A DNA stretch of 51,010 bases from a virus (IMGVR_UViG_3300028590_000025:1-51010); one strand, 5' to 3'. Positions 18,601 to 28,206 are shown, numbered from the stretch's first letter. Translations and numbers: made by a program. The notes: a model not told the origin generated them from the sequence alone.

Positions 18601-18614
18601 TGCAGGGCCCAAAG

Positions 18615-18636
18615 AAAAACCCCGCCGAAGCGGGGT
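18615..18636 (-). terminator. Intrinsic terminator inside the tail operon
   Basis: ACCCCGC-TTCG-GCGGGGT-TTTT. Confidence 0.8.
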
Positions 18637-18663
18637 CGAGAGAGAAACGAATTGAGGTTTGGC

Positions 18664-18885
18664 TTAGTCGATGACCGGCTCCGCGCCCTCTGGTGGCGTC
18701 ATTTCACACCAGTGGGTAGGTTCAACGGCGGCAGTGTCGTCACATGTCAGCCAAACACCCATATCTTCACTCCATTCGGCCATCAGGTAGGGGTTACCCC
18801 CGGACCACATCCCGCCAGGAACATACGTCATTACTGGACGGTCTTTTGGCGCGCTGTCCATGGCGTGCCAATCGGTTTTGGTCAT
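18664..18885 (-). CDS. DUF551-like small protein
   Basis: WHAMDSAPKD...PTHW motif; AAGGA RBS. Confidence 0.7.
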   Translation of the reverse strand: MTKTDWHAMDSAPKDRPVMTYVPGGMWSGGNPYLMAEWSEDMGVWLTCDDTAAVEPTHWCEMTPPEGAEPVID

Positions 18886-18932
18886 TTCTGCATCCTTTTT
18901 GCTGCTGTGCATTCTAGCGCTTCTGCGCCGCA

Positions 18933-19412
18933 CTACCCAAGCCAAATCCCCGGAAAATCCTGCTTTGTCGTCTGCTTAAACGGCACCGGCTCAAGAAGCC
19001 CTGCCCGTGGCGCCAGTTCAAAACTGATGCTCTCCGACCGACCCGAAGCATTCGGGATCACCAACAGGTTCATTGTGTCGATCAGCGGCGGAGCATCGAG
19101 CGCATCGGCATTGATCAGCAGCAGGCGACAATTCACCCGCTGGCGAGCGCTATCCATGGCTCGGCTGAAGAACCGGTCAACATTTGAAATCGTCCCGCGG
19201 GCCCGAGTCTCCCCGTCGCGGGTTTCCGGCAGCTCGATCGTGATGGCAGCGCGCGTGTAGGTCTCGCCCTGCCATATGACGTTTTCGGTGTTGATCGCTG
19301 CCCGATGGACTAGAGACTTACCGTCCTCCTGGAATTCAAGAAGGATGATGTGCGGACTGACAAGAGGGCGCCGATTGAGCGTATGGCGCTGGTCGGTTGA
19401 TGGGGTTGGCAT
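18933..19412 (-). CDS. Minor tail protein (DUF1833 / gpL-like)
   Basis: Position between the Dit-like gene and NlpC/P60; ISNVDR and FPGIW motifs. Confidence 0.7.
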   Translation of the reverse strand: MPTPSTDQRHTLNRRPLVSPHIILLEFQEDGKSLVHRAAINTENVIWQGETYTRAAITIELPETRDGETRARGTISNVDRFFSRAMDSARQRVNCRLLLINADALDAPPLIDTMNLLVIPNASGRSESISFELAPRAGLLEPVPFKQTTKQDFPGIWLG

Positions 19413-19762
19413 CAGACCTCCTGCAGCGAAACGTCGGCTTCCCAAAGGTCGGCGGTGAGGTGCCGCGGGCGAGGTTTGCCGGCGAACTGCACTTCGTAGG
19501 TCTCACCGGTCGTTGGGTGGGTCCAATTGAACTGCTTCACGCCGCGCACGAGGTCTACGGCGTAAAACTGGTTCAGCGCCTCCTTCTGCACATGCGTCAT
19601 CCGCAGCGTGTACGAGAAGTTGGAGAGGGACCGAGTGAACCGATTGCGCCGATCGGGCGCCCCTACCTCACCTCGATCCTCGACCCACGACGGAATGTCG
19701 CCCTCTTCGAACGTGCCGCCCATCGGCGGAGGCAGAGAGACGGGATAGTCGATATCGGCCAT
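19412..19762 (-). CDS. Distal/minor tail protein
   Basis: Follows the tape measure; RRNRFT and FNWTHP motifs. Confidence 0.7.
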   Translation of the reverse strand: MADIDYPVSLPPPMGGTFEEGDIPSWVEDRGEVGAPDRRNRFTRSLSNFSYTLRMTHVQKEALNQFYAVDLVRGVKQFNWTHPTTGETYEVQFAGKPRPRHLTADLWEADVSLQEV

Positions 19763-21459
19763 TACCGCCTCTGTGCCTGCTGTTGGAGGCCATAGCTGGC
19801 CATGCCGCGCCGGTAATCACCGCTCGCCAGAGCCTTGCCTGCCGATGCGGTCGACTTCTGGACCGTGCTCGGCTCGGAGGCCTGAACGATCTGCACAGTT
19901 TGGCCGGCCGCCTGGGTAAGCACCCTACCCTCGAGGTCCGGACCAAGCTCGATGCGCACGACCGATGGCGCGTTCTGGTTTGCCGCCAGCGCCATGGAAG
20001 GCCCATTTGGAATGACCTGAGAACCGCGCGGCAAATTGACAAGCTCGGGCCCCTGTTCGCCGACCCAGGCCAGCCCACCCGGGGCATAGTTGGTGCCGCT
20101 GGCGAAGCCGGGGAAAAAGCCGCCGCTGCTGCCCGTGATCGAGCTGGTTCCGCGAAGGCCGCTACTCATGCCGAAGCCGCTGAAGGCCCCCATAAGCAAG
20201 TCCCAAATGCCGTTGGAGGCCATATCAAGGGCTTTAGAGGTGAGCTTGTCGAGCGCATTCATTGCGGCGCCGCCGAGTGCTTCCCAACCGCTCTTGCCCT
20301 CCTTCAGTCCACTGCTGAAGCCTGACCAGAACCCCGACCATGCCGACTTCAGCGTGCCGCCCCAGGTCTCGGCAAGAGACTTGGAGGTATCATCTAGGGC
20401 TTTGACATTGTCGTTTGCCGCCTTCGCAGACCCGCCGAGTTCGTCCATTTCTTTTCGGGCATTTGCAATTTCCTGCGCCCGTCCGGAGATGGCGCCGAAC
20501 ATGTTGCCCATATAGTCGGTGGTATAGGCGTCGGTGTTGTTCTGGTTAAGATCGCCGCCGAGTTGTCCGAGCGAGCCCGCATAGGGGTTGGCTGCGCCCG
20601 CGAAGCTGACACGACCCAAGGTGGGGATCGCCACGCCGAATTGCCCCAGCCCTTCGTTGGCCTTGGCGATCAGGCCGTCGAGCAGTTCTGCAGCCTTGTT
20701 GATCGACCACTCGACGCCCTTCACCACGACGTTCGCAGTGGTGATCGTGGCGTCACCAATCGCCGCCGGTAGCCGGTTCCAGAGAGTGCCGATGGCACTG
20801 ACGCCAAAGGCGAATGGTGCGATGATACCGTTGCCGATGTTCTTGAGGATCGGGGCCATCTGGTCCCACACCCATTGCAGCCCGCCTACGATCGCATCCC
20901 ATACCGGCGAAAGGACATTTCCGATCTGCTCGGCGAGGAGCGACCATCCAGCCTGGACGACATCAAAAAAACCGACCTGAACTTCGGCAGTCTTGTTGAT
21001 CTCGTAGGTCAGGCCAGCAACCGCCGCAGCGGCCGCTCCAATCGCCAGTGTGACGGGCCCGAAAGTCGTTACAAGGCTTTTCCCTATACCCATCAGACTG
21101 TCGAGAGCTGGCTTCAGGCCGAACTGCAGCATCTGCGGCACCTGCTGCACCGCCACGATAAGCGGCGACATGCCTGACGCCAGAGACACGCCGATATCGT
21201 TCAACTGGTAGATCATGTTCGTGCGAACCTGCGTTCCCATACGCATGGCGGCATTGTTGGCTTGGATTGCAGCGGTGTGGGCGGCCGTCGCTGCCGTCGC
21301 CGCCTTCTGACCAGCCGCTTCTACCTGAGAAGCGCCGGCAAGCTGCCGGGCAGCCGCTGAGGCCTGTCCTGCGGCGCCGGTCAACTGGTGAAGGGAAACA
21401 GTGCCCTTCTCGACCTGAGTGGAATCCACGGCCAAGCCGAGGCGAGCAACATCGACCAT
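19762..21459 (-). CDS. Tape measure protein (565 aa)
   Basis: QLNDIGVSLASGMSPLIVAVQQ and FASGT..AWVGEQGPELV motifs; Ala/Gly-rich. Confidence 0.9.
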   Translation of the reverse strand: MVDVARLGLAVDSTQVEKGTVSLHQLTGAAGQASAAARQLAGASQVEAAGQKAATAATAAHTAAIQANNAAMRMGTQVRTNMIYQLNDIGVSLASGMSPLIVAVQQVPQMLQFGLKPALDSLMGIGKSLVTTFGPVTLAIGAAAAAVAGLTYEINKTAEVQVGFFDVVQAGWSLLAEQIGNVLSPVWDAIVGGLQWVWDQMAPILKNIGNGIIAPFAFGVSAIGTLWNRLPAAIGDATITTANVVVKGVEWSINKAAELLDGLIAKANEGLGQFGVAIPTLGRVSFAGAANPYAGSLGQLGGDLNQNNTDAYTTDYMGNMFGAISGRAQEIANARKEMDELGGSAKAANDNVKALDDTSKSLAETWGGTLKSAWSGFWSGFSSGLKEGKSGWEALGGAAMNALDKLTSKALDMASNGIWDLLMGAFSGFGMSSGLRGTSSITGSSGGFFPGFASGTNYAPGGLAWVGEQGPELVNLPRGSQVIPNGPSMALAANQNAPSVVRIELGPDLEGRVLTQAAGQTVQIVQASEPSTVQKSTASAGKALASGDYRRGMASYGLQQQAQRR

Positions 21460-21468
21460 GGTGATACC

Positions 21469-21830
21469 TCAAACAAAAATGGCGTCGAACAGTTCGGCCG
21501 TCATGGGCCGTTCGGAGACGATGTGCGGGGATTGGCTGGTCTGCTGCTCTCGCTTCGCCGCTTCACGGCAGGCATCGAGATAGGCAACGTCCATGGTCCG
21601 AAGGATGCGCCACTCCTGCGAGCGGACGCGCGTGGCGGTCATTTGAGCCCAGTGGGCCATGTCGGCCCATCCAAGTGGCAGATAACCGCCCATGCCTTCC
21701 TGACGGCCTTGGTGAAGCTCGCAGAACCAGTGCCAGAGGTGTTCCGCCGCTGGGGACAGCGACAGATCGAATGTCGGGGTATTCACCGCGGATCGGGCGG
21801 CCTGCGCCAGTTCCTCGGCTAGGCCTTCGT
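21469..21830 (-). CDS. Tail assembly chaperone, -1 frameshift extension (gpGT-like)
   Basis: Open -1 frame from the slippery site A AAT TTT (21837-21831) to the stop at 21469. Confidence 0.8.
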
Positions 21831-22220
21831 AAAATTTGCGATGTCGCGAGCAGCCCCCACCACCTGGGCATAGATCCAGCCTTCTTTCTTAAAGATGGCT
21901 TTGATGGTTTTCGGGTCGTTGCCGGGCACCTTATTTTCGTAGGTATTGGGCTTGCCGTTGGCGTCGAGTCCCCAGTCCCACGACGCGACATACGAGACGG
22001 CCATGTCGAGCTCGTTTTCCTCCACCATATCGGCGCCGATCAGTTTCCGGCGCTGCTGCCGTGACAGAAGGTCGTCGGTCTGCTCGCGCACCACGGCCAT
22101 GGCGGCATCAGATCCAGCCGACCGCACCATGATGGTGATGCCGACCGGCTTGCCCGTCTTGGGATGCTCGACATCGAGCTTGAACAGTTCCTCGTTCTGA
22201 ACGAGACCAGAGATTTCCAT
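21819..22220 (-). CDS. Tail assembly chaperone (gpG-like)
   Basis: Between the major tail and tape measure genes; ends ANFTKA. Confidence 0.85.
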   Translation of the reverse strand: MEISGLVQNEELFKLDVEHPKTGKPVGITIMVRSAGSDAAMAVVREQTDDLLSRQQRRKLIGADMVEENELDMAVSYVASWDWGLDANGKPNTYENKVPGNDPKTIKAIFKKEGWIYAQVVGAARDIANFTKA

Positions 22221-22226
22221 GCCTGA

Positions 22227-22955
22227 TTATCCCAGCGGCGCTACGCGCACGGTGTTCGTGTTGACTTCGATGGTGGCCTGGAGCTGGCGCACATTGTTCG
22301 GGCCGCCGAAGGCTTCCGTGGCGGCCGTAACGAGGCCAATGAAATAGCGCTCGGATGGGGTCGGCTCGGTGGTCGCGGTGTGGGTGCCGCTCTGTGTGGA
22401 CGAGGTGCTGATGACCGTGCCGCCCTTGGTTGCCGCGACGGTGAAGGTGCCGGCGGAAAGCACTTCCTTGACGTAGTAGGTCGTGCCGGCTGTGAGGCCC
22501 GTTGGCAGCGCGCCGGTCGTGGTGAACACCACAGCCACATCAACAGCCAGGCCATGCGCAGCCCAAGAGATAACACCGGGCGATGCGACCGAAATGGTGA
22601 CGGTGGCGCTCTTGGGAGCCGGTGCGTCGTTCAGCAAGACCTTGAACGGATAGTTCTGGTTCGTGGCCTCGGCAGCGATCAGAGCGAGCTGTCCGGCATC
22701 GCTGGCGACAACGGCGAAGTTGTCTTGACGGGACGGCGCATTGCGGGTGCCCTTCTGCTTCACGTCACGTCCGCGATCGATAAGCGGCGTGGTGATCAGC
22801 GCGGCGGCATCACCAAGCGCGCCCGCCTCCATCCACGATTTCACTTCGGTCCAAGACACCGCAGCGAAGTCGGAAACATCAACATCGGTGTCGGGCAGCT
22901 CGATGGCGGCGCCGATATAGTATTTGCAGCCCGAGACAGGGTAGAGGGTCGCCAT
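22227..22955 (-). CDS. Major tail tube protein with an inserted beta-rich domain
   Basis: KQKGTRNA motif; internal SPGVISWAAHGL..TTYYV insert. Confidence 0.8.
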   Translation of the reverse strand: MATLYPVSGCKYYIGAAIELPDTDVDVSDFAAVSWTEVKSWMEAGALGDAAALITTPLIDRGRDVKQKGTRNAPSRQDNFAVVASDAGQLALIAAEATNQNYPFKVLLNDAPAPKSATVTISVASPGVISWAAHGLAVDVAVVFTTTGALPTGLTAGTTYYVKEVLSAGTFTVAATKGGTVISTSSTQSGTHTATTEPTPSERYFIGLVTAATEAFGGPNNVRQLQATIEVNTNTVRVAPLG

Positions 22956-22978
22956 TACGGCCTCCTATGTTTGAGAAA

Positions 22979-23404
22979 TCAGGCCCAGCATTCCCAGGGC
23001 ACAAGGATGGGCACGAGAATGCCCGGAGATGTCGTCTCGATCAGTGCGGATCCGACGTCCGGCGCCGAGGCGATGCGGACAGACAAGCCGATGGCGTGAT
23101 GAAGTCGCAGGTCGGCCGGGAAGTGCTCCGCGACCGCCCCTGCGATATCCGTGATGCGGGGCCCCTTATTCAGGGCGTCGCGTACATTGACCTGCAGGAA
23201 GCCGATGCGCTGATGCGGGCCGTCGCTATCAATCAACACGCGGTTGGCAGCGTTCGGGACGAACCGGGCCTCGATGTAGCGATTGTCCGCCGGCTTGCTG
23301 AAGTTGTTGTTCGGCCAAGCCACGGGATGGACCGGAGACAGCACCAGGGCGGCGAGCCGCGCCAGCAGCACCTGTTCGATAGCACCTTCCACGGTATTGG
23401 CCAT
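22979..23404 (-). CDS. Tail terminator-like protein (DUF4128-like)
   Basis: VAWPN, GFLQVNV and AEHFP motifs; position. Confidence 0.7.
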   Translation of the reverse strand: MANTVEGAIEQVLLARLAALVLSPVHPVAWPNNNFSKPADNRYIEARFVPNAANRVLIDSDGPHQRIGFLQVNVRDALNKGPRITDIAGAVAEHFPADLRLHHAIGLSVRIASAPDVGSALIETTSPGILVPILVPWECWA

Positions 23405-23423
23405 TGTGCGATACCTCTGGCCA

Positions 23424-23627
23424 ATGGCCGATAAACCGCTCAACGACAATGCCGTTCACGACCGCTTGCACGCGGCCTTAGAGGCATTGGGCAATGAGCC
23501 GGGTGAAACTATTCACGGCAACACCACGCTCGAGACGGCGCGGCGATCACTCCGATTGATGCAGCTTGGGCATCTCACGGCCTCAGAGAGGGCCGCTGGC
23601 AGGATTAAAGACCCAACCGAGACCTGA
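23424..23627 (+). CDS. Small antisense hypothetical protein
   Basis: 67-aa ORF filling the gap between two structural genes on the opposite strand. Confidence 0.5.
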   Translation: MADKPLNDNAVHDRLHAALEALGNEPGETIHGNTTLETARRSLRLMQLGHLTASERAAGRIKDPTET

Positions 23628-24018
23628 CCTCTGCCGCTTTGGTGGCGACGATCTGCTCCCATCGCTGAGCGACCATGGAGACCCACGGCCTGCCCGGTCG
23701 CCCATTTGCACCGTAGTGGACATGGGCCGCATAGTTGGCCGTGTAGCCCAGATAGAGCACATCGCCTGCTTCGGCGCCGGCTATGACCAGCACGATTTCG
23801 GCAGAAGGGTCTGTCCCGGCCGTGCCATCACCCTCTCGGGTAAGCAAGGGCATTTCGGTCGGGGACGCACGAAGGCTGTTCTTTAGGAAGCCAATATCGA
23901 TCGGCACCAGCGAATTGAGTTCGGAAACAAGCTCTTGCGCCGCTTCCTGAAACAGCAGATCGAACGCACCTTCCACCTTGCGTGCCCATTCGCCCACCTG
24001 GGCCTCGAAAGTGGTCAT
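23605..24018 (-). CDS. HK97 gp10-like neck/tail-completion protein
   Basis: PIDIGFLKNS and YTANYAAHVHYG motifs. Confidence 0.8.
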   Translation of the reverse strand: MTTFEAQVGEWARKVEGAFDLLFQEAAQELVSELNSLVPIDIGFLKNSLRASPTEMPLLTREGDGTAGTDPSAEIVLVIAGAEAGDVLYLGYTANYAAHVHYGANGRPGRPWVSMVAQRWEQIVATKAAEVRSRLGL

Positions 24019-25055
24019 GCCGCGCGCCGTGCCAAGAACTGGGCGGTGTAGTCGATGCGATATTCCACTGCGCAGCGGCAGCCAGACGTTTCGCTGATCG
24101 GCGCCTCAGGATCGCCGGGAAAGCGAAGAGTGGCGCCTGACGGGCTCTGGAACGACTGATAGAAACCCACCTCTTCATTGTTCAGCGCCCGATGGGTGTG
24201 CCTCACACGATTATCGCCGGCAGAGCGCCAGCGCTTCGTGATGAACATCGGGTCCACCTTGCCAGACAGAATGGCCTGCTTCATCGCATCGTCTCGCGAC
24301 TTGCTCAGGGCGGTCATGGTTTCAGTCCGGCTCAGCATCTCGCCGCGGAGAGCCAGCAGGCGGTCGGCGTACCTTCCAGCGATGCGATTGACCATCTCCT
24401 TATCTGGCGCCTTACCCTCTGCGATTGCCTTGCGGATAGCGGCATCGAAGCGCTTGTCTCTGCGTTCTCTCGTCAGGTAATGCCTCAACTGATCGGGCTC
24501 GCCGCTGAGCAGTTCCTGTCGCGCGGCGGAGACAAACCGCTCCTGAGGCGCGGTGAGTCCGATCAACCCGCCTGTCCGATTGCCGGTAGCGCGCGAGGTG
24601 CGGCCGACGATGTCGAGCGCCGTTGTGCGTGGATTGTTACCTTGGGCAAGCCCTTCGGTCAGCGCCGTGCGGATGGCTTCGCGCTGGTCGTCCACGATGC
24701 GCGTCACAAGCTGGGCGCTGTGGTCCCGAAGCCATGCTTCGGCCTCCGGATTGCGAACCCCGAAGCGGAAAGCGATGCGGCTGCCATTGGGATCGCGCAG
24801 GACAAGGCCAGAGGCCATGTCGATACCGCCGGCATTGTAGGCATTGGCGATCTCGATTTCGAGCCGCCCGAAAGCCTCGGCATCAATCTGCAATACCTCG
24901 ATAGCGCCCGCCACGTCACCGCGCTCCAGACGCTCGACAAAGCGTTTCAGCACCACCTGGCTCTTGATCTCAGAGATGGCACCAAGAAAGGCGTCACGGA
25001 CGCGTGGCTCCCAGGCGTCCAGCAACTGTTCGAATGTGGAGCGGTTGGTGGGCAT
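24015..25055 (-). CDS. Head morphogenesis protein (SPP1 gp7 / Mu gpF family)
   Basis: SRTET, KRWRSAGDNRVRHTH and FPGDP..CRC motifs. Confidence 0.88.
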   Translation of the reverse strand: MPTNRSTFEQLLDAWEPRVRDAFLGAISEIKSQVVLKRFVERLERGDVAGAIEVLQIDAEAFGRLEIEIANAYNAGGIDMASGLVLRDPNGSRIAFRFGVRNPEAEAWLRDHSAQLVTRIVDDQREAIRTALTEGLAQGNNPRTTALDIVGRTSRATGNRTGGLIGLTAPQERFVSAARQELLSGEPDQLRHYLTRERRDKRFDAAIRKAIAEGKAPDKEMVNRIAGRYADRLLALRGEMLSRTETMTALSKSRDDAMKQAILSGKVDPMFITKRWRSAGDNRVRHTHRALNNEEVGFYQSFQSPSGATLRFPGDPEAPISETSGCRCAVEYRIDYTAQFLARRAA

Positions 25056-25480
25056 CAGATCGCAAGGTCCAGATCGTACAGCACTGCGACACCAGCCGGA
25101 GCCAATGGCCTCACGGCCATGATCTCTTCCCAAGCATGGGTGGCATCATCGGCTTCATCCACGAACGTCAGGGCCTCGCCCAAGAGGATCGTGTCGTCAT
25201 CGGTCGGAGCAATGCCCGCAGCGCCCGAGATCGTCACGGTACGCTTGGTCATACCGATCAGCGTGCCGTTGATGTCCCGCAGTTCCTTGTCGGACTGCAG
25301 GGCAATGACGGGGAAGTAGGTGATGACCGGATCGCCGGGAATCCATGGTGTCGATGGGTCTGGCGTGCCGGGAACGACGCGCCGGATCGTGGCCGGATAG
25401 CCGTTGGGCTGGGAGACGTCGCCAATGGAGGCGAGAGCGTCTTGAACTTCTGCGGCAATGCCTGTCCAGTCTTCAGCCAT
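25055..25480 (-). CDS. Head-closure / head-tail joining protein
   Basis: Position; VRPLAPAGVAVLY C-terminus. Confidence 0.65.
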   Translation of the reverse strand: MAEDWTGIAAEVQDALASIGDVSQPNGYPATIRRVVPGTPDPSTPWIPGDPVITYFPVIALQSDKELRDINGTLIGMTKRTVTISGAAGIAPTDDDTILLGEALTFVDEADDATHAWEEIMAVRPLAPAGVAVLYDLDLAI

Positions 25481-25481
25481 T

Positions 25482-25577
25482 TCAGCCTACCGGGAAAAAT
25501 AGCATTGCAGAGAGGATGAAGCCCACGACCCCGCCAACGACGAAGCCGATGAGTTGATCGAAGACCCAAGCGCGCAT
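25482..25577 (-). CDS. 31-aa single-TM peptide
   Basis: MRAWVFDQLIGFVVGGVVGFILSAMLFFPVG exactly fills the gap between neighbours. Confidence 0.5.
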   Translation of the reverse strand: MRAWVFDQLIGFVVGGVVGFILSAMLFFPVG

Positions 25578-26057
25578 TTACACCACCAGAATGGCGGGGA
25601 ACCCGCCTACGGGCGTCAGGAACGGCGCCAAGAGGCCCTCGACAGCAGATAGCACCGGGATCATTGAACCCGGCTCGCTGGCGTCGCCAATGACGTCCCA
25701 CTCGATCTTGTCGACCTTCGTCAGAACCTTCGTGGTGCCAGGCGTGTAGGTCACCGAGAGCGATCCTGGTGCCTTGGCGTCTGCCAGAGCGGCCACATAG
25801 CTCGCCTTGACCACGGCATCAGGGATCACATCATCGCCAATCGGCTGCCCATATGCGCAAGCCCCGGTCCGAGGCCACGCCCGCTCCTGAGAAAAGCCAC
25901 CGGTGGGGATGCCGGAGAACCGAGCGCCATAGGTGCCGTCGATGTAGTTCGAGCCGCGCTCACGAAGTACCGCGATAGACGGCGGATTGTCGGGGAGAGC
26001 AAACCCATTTGCGGAGAGCCAGCTATTGAAGCCGTCGTCGGTGCCGTAGCCAGCCAT
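25578..26057 (-). CDS. Head-tail connector (DnaT-like family)
   Basis: YIDGTY..QERAWPR..IPDAV motifs. Confidence 0.75.
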   Translation of the reverse strand: MAGYGTDDGFNSWLSANGFALPDNPPSIAVLRERGSNYIDGTYGARFSGIPTGGFSQERAWPRTGACAYGQPIGDDVIPDAVVKASYVAALADAKAPGSLSVTYTPGTTKVLTKVDKIEWDVIGDASEPGSMIPVLSAVEGLLAPFLTPVGGFPAILVV

Positions 26058-26074
26058 TGCCGTCTCCTACCCGA

Positions 26075-26386
26075 TCAGGACGCCAGCTTGGCGTCGATCA
26101 GTTCCTTGAGCTTGTCCGTTGGGATGTTGCGAGGATGCTCGATCCCGAGTTCCTTGGCTTGGGCCTTGAGGTCTTCGCGGTCGGAATTGGTCGCCCCGCC
26201 AGCTTTCCCATCTCCGTCATGATCGAGCGCGTCATCGACGGTGAGGAAAGGTAACGCCTTGACGCGCTCGACGTAATCGTCGGCCACGTCGATAGAGAGT
26301 GTTGCCTTGGGTTCGATAAACACCAGGCCGGCCACAGAATGCACCCCCTGTAGGGCGCGGGAGTTATTCGTGATGCTCGCCTTCAT
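26075..26386 (-). CDS. Capsid-associated small protein
   Basis: LDHDGDGKAGG and a HeH-like LKAQAKELGI tail; follows the capsid gene. Confidence 0.7.
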   Translation of the reverse strand: MKASITNNSRALQGVHSVAGLVFIEPKATLSIDVADDYVERVKALPFLTVDDALDHDGDGKAGGATNSDREDLKAQAKELGIEHPRNIPTDKLKELIDAKLAS

Positions 26387-26413
26387 GGGGAGACTCCTTT
26401 CAGGTCCAGATAC

Positions 26414-26437
26414 AAAAGGGGGCCGCTGGCGACCCCC
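26414..26437 (-). terminator. Terminator after the major capsid gene
   Basis: GGGGGTCG-CCAG-CGGCCCCC-TTTT. Confidence 0.7.
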
Positions 26438-26455
26438 TCATAATCAGGACTGCGA

Positions 26456-27418
26456 TCAGGACGGTGGAGCAGTAACCTCGTCGGCATAGGCCGCTGCCTT
26501 GGGCAGGCGCCATTCGGTGCCGCCGGTACGGGCGATGATGCCAGTTTCAAAGCCCATGATGGACTTCTGGCGCGGCTGCAGCACGGTACGGGGCATCGGA
26601 AGATGGAAGCGAACGACTTCCTCGTCACGGCGATAAGCGACCATGCGACCGCCGCCGTCCTGGGAGGCAGTGGCGAGTTCGCGCACCGGAATGATGTTGA
26701 GGGGCTGATTGGTCTCTGCCGTGTAAATGTTGTTGCGGCGGAGGTATTCCAGAACCGTGATGAACCCGTCGCCAGCGCCGAGGCGCTTGGTGGCGATGAC
26801 ACGGAAGGCATCGGGCGGCAGAGCGATGGTGTCTGCCCACTCGACTTCATTGGTCTGGGTGCGAACGCGGCTCAGGACCTCGTTCACGTCAGTCAGGAGC
26901 TGGTCGACCGTCTTGGCCGCCCAGAAGGTGCCCGGGGTGGCAACATCAGCGCGCGGCACGTCCGGGCTGTTGGCGAAGCCGGTCCAGTTCTTCTCGGCAG
27001 AGCCGATGAAGGCGATGGAGTTCAGGAGGCGCTCAACCTTGTCGGTCGCGCTCATTGCTTTGGTGGCATTGAGGTTGAGGCCGTAAAGCGCTGCCTGGTT
27101 GATCTCCTCGATGTTCCACTCCCAACCGGAGCCGATCATCGCGAAGTCATGGCTCTGCATGTCCTTCGTCGCAGCATTGAACGGCATATCAGTGCCGGCG
27201 CCGGACAGGAACTTGGCTTCGCCGGCAGTGTCCACGGTAAAGAACGTGGTGCCGATCGCCCATGCGTTGCCTTCGGTAACCACAGGGACGACCTGGGCAT
27301 AGTTATAGGTTGGATACCGCTTCTGATAGATGCGGGTCTCGATGTTGCGACCCTGCGCGATGACGAAGGGCATCGCTGCCTGCGCATCGGCAAAGGGCTG
27401 GCGGATCATCTGGTTCAT
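26456..27418 (-). CDS. Major capsid protein (DUF2184, HK97/encapsulin-like fold)
   Basis: 320 aa; RMVAY..VRFHLPMP..RTGG..P motifs. Confidence 0.88.
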   Translation of the reverse strand: MNQMIRQPFADAQAAMPFVIAQGRNIETRIYQKRYPTYNYAQVVPVVTEGNAWAIGTTFFTVDTAGEAKFLSGAGTDMPFNAATKDMQSHDFAMIGSGWEWNIEEINQAALYGLNLNATKAMSATDKVERLLNSIAFIGSAEKNWTGFANSPDVPRADVATPGTFWAAKTVDQLLTDVNEVLSRVRTQTNEVEWADTIALPPDAFRVIATKRLGAGDGFITVLEYLRRNNIYTAETNQPLNIIPVRELATASQDGGGRMVAYRRDEEVVRFHLPMPRTVLQPRQKSIMGFETGIIARTGGTEWRLPKAAAYADEVTAPPS

Positions 27419-27438
27419 GATTGCTGGTCCTTTCGCGA

Positions 27439-28191
27439 TCAGCGGAGCTTCAGGGAGACTTCAACGATGTCGCCATCGGCCCCCGAAGTGTCGAACGTGG
27501 CATCGGGGATGCGGATATGCGTCGCCGTCGAGGTGTAGCGACCATCGGACGGGTCCCAATACACATCGCCGCCGTCGACAACGGTATCGCCGGCCGTGAC
27601 GTACATCTGGCCCATCGTCATGAAGGCGCCGGTGAAATACTGGGGGTATTCGTCCGCGCCTTGGCCGGATGCGGCGGGCGGGACGGCAGGGGTGAGCACG
27701 GCCAGGCCGAGGAAGTCGGCATTGGCGGTATAGGTGACGTCGATATAGAACGTGTCACCTGCCGTCATGGTGCCGGCATTCGAGATCGTGAAGCTTCCGA
27801 TGCCAGGAATAGACGTGTTGGCAGAGGCGACCACGCCATCACCGACCACGATACCGTCTGGGTCATAGACGATATAGGGCGCGGTTGCGCTGGTCGCGAT
27901 CAGCACGGCCTTGTAGCGGCCGTGCTTGGCGCCTGCCGAGATGGTCGGGGTATCGGTGATAACGCCCGTGCCAACGTTGCCCGCAGCCTCAGAACCGGCA
28001 CCAGTGGCCGCGAACGTGCCGCCGGCAACGACGCCGTGATCGCCAGAGCCGCGAAATGCGGGCTGGCCGAAGGCAATACCCGCAGCCGATTCGACGGTGC
28101 GGGAAACCTTGTTGCACTTCTCCTCATTGGCGATCTGGCCGGGAAGGCCCTTCGCCGGAGCATTGCCGTAAGTGGTCTGATAGGGTGCCAT
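27439..28191 (-). CDS. Head decoration / cement protein
   Basis: IAFGQP and MTMGQMYV motifs; between protease and capsid. Confidence 0.75.
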   Translation of the reverse strand: MAPYQTTYGNAPAKGLPGQIANEEKCNKVSRTVESAAGIAFGQPAFRGSGDHGVVAGGTFAATGAGSEAAGNVGTGVITDTPTISAGAKHGRYKAVLIATSATAPYIVYDPDGIVVGDGVVASANTSIPGIGSFTISNAGTMTAGDTFYIDVTYTANADFLGLAVLTPAVPPAASGQGADEYPQYFTGAFMTMGQMYVTAGDTVVDGGDVYWDPSDGRYTSTATHIRIPDATFDTSGADGDIVEVSLKLR

Positions 28192-28206
28192 GGTGGCTGC
28201 TCCTGG

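Noticed and set aside
26456-27418. Encapsulin nanocompartment
   Set aside because: Portal-protease-decoration context shows it is the phage capsid.
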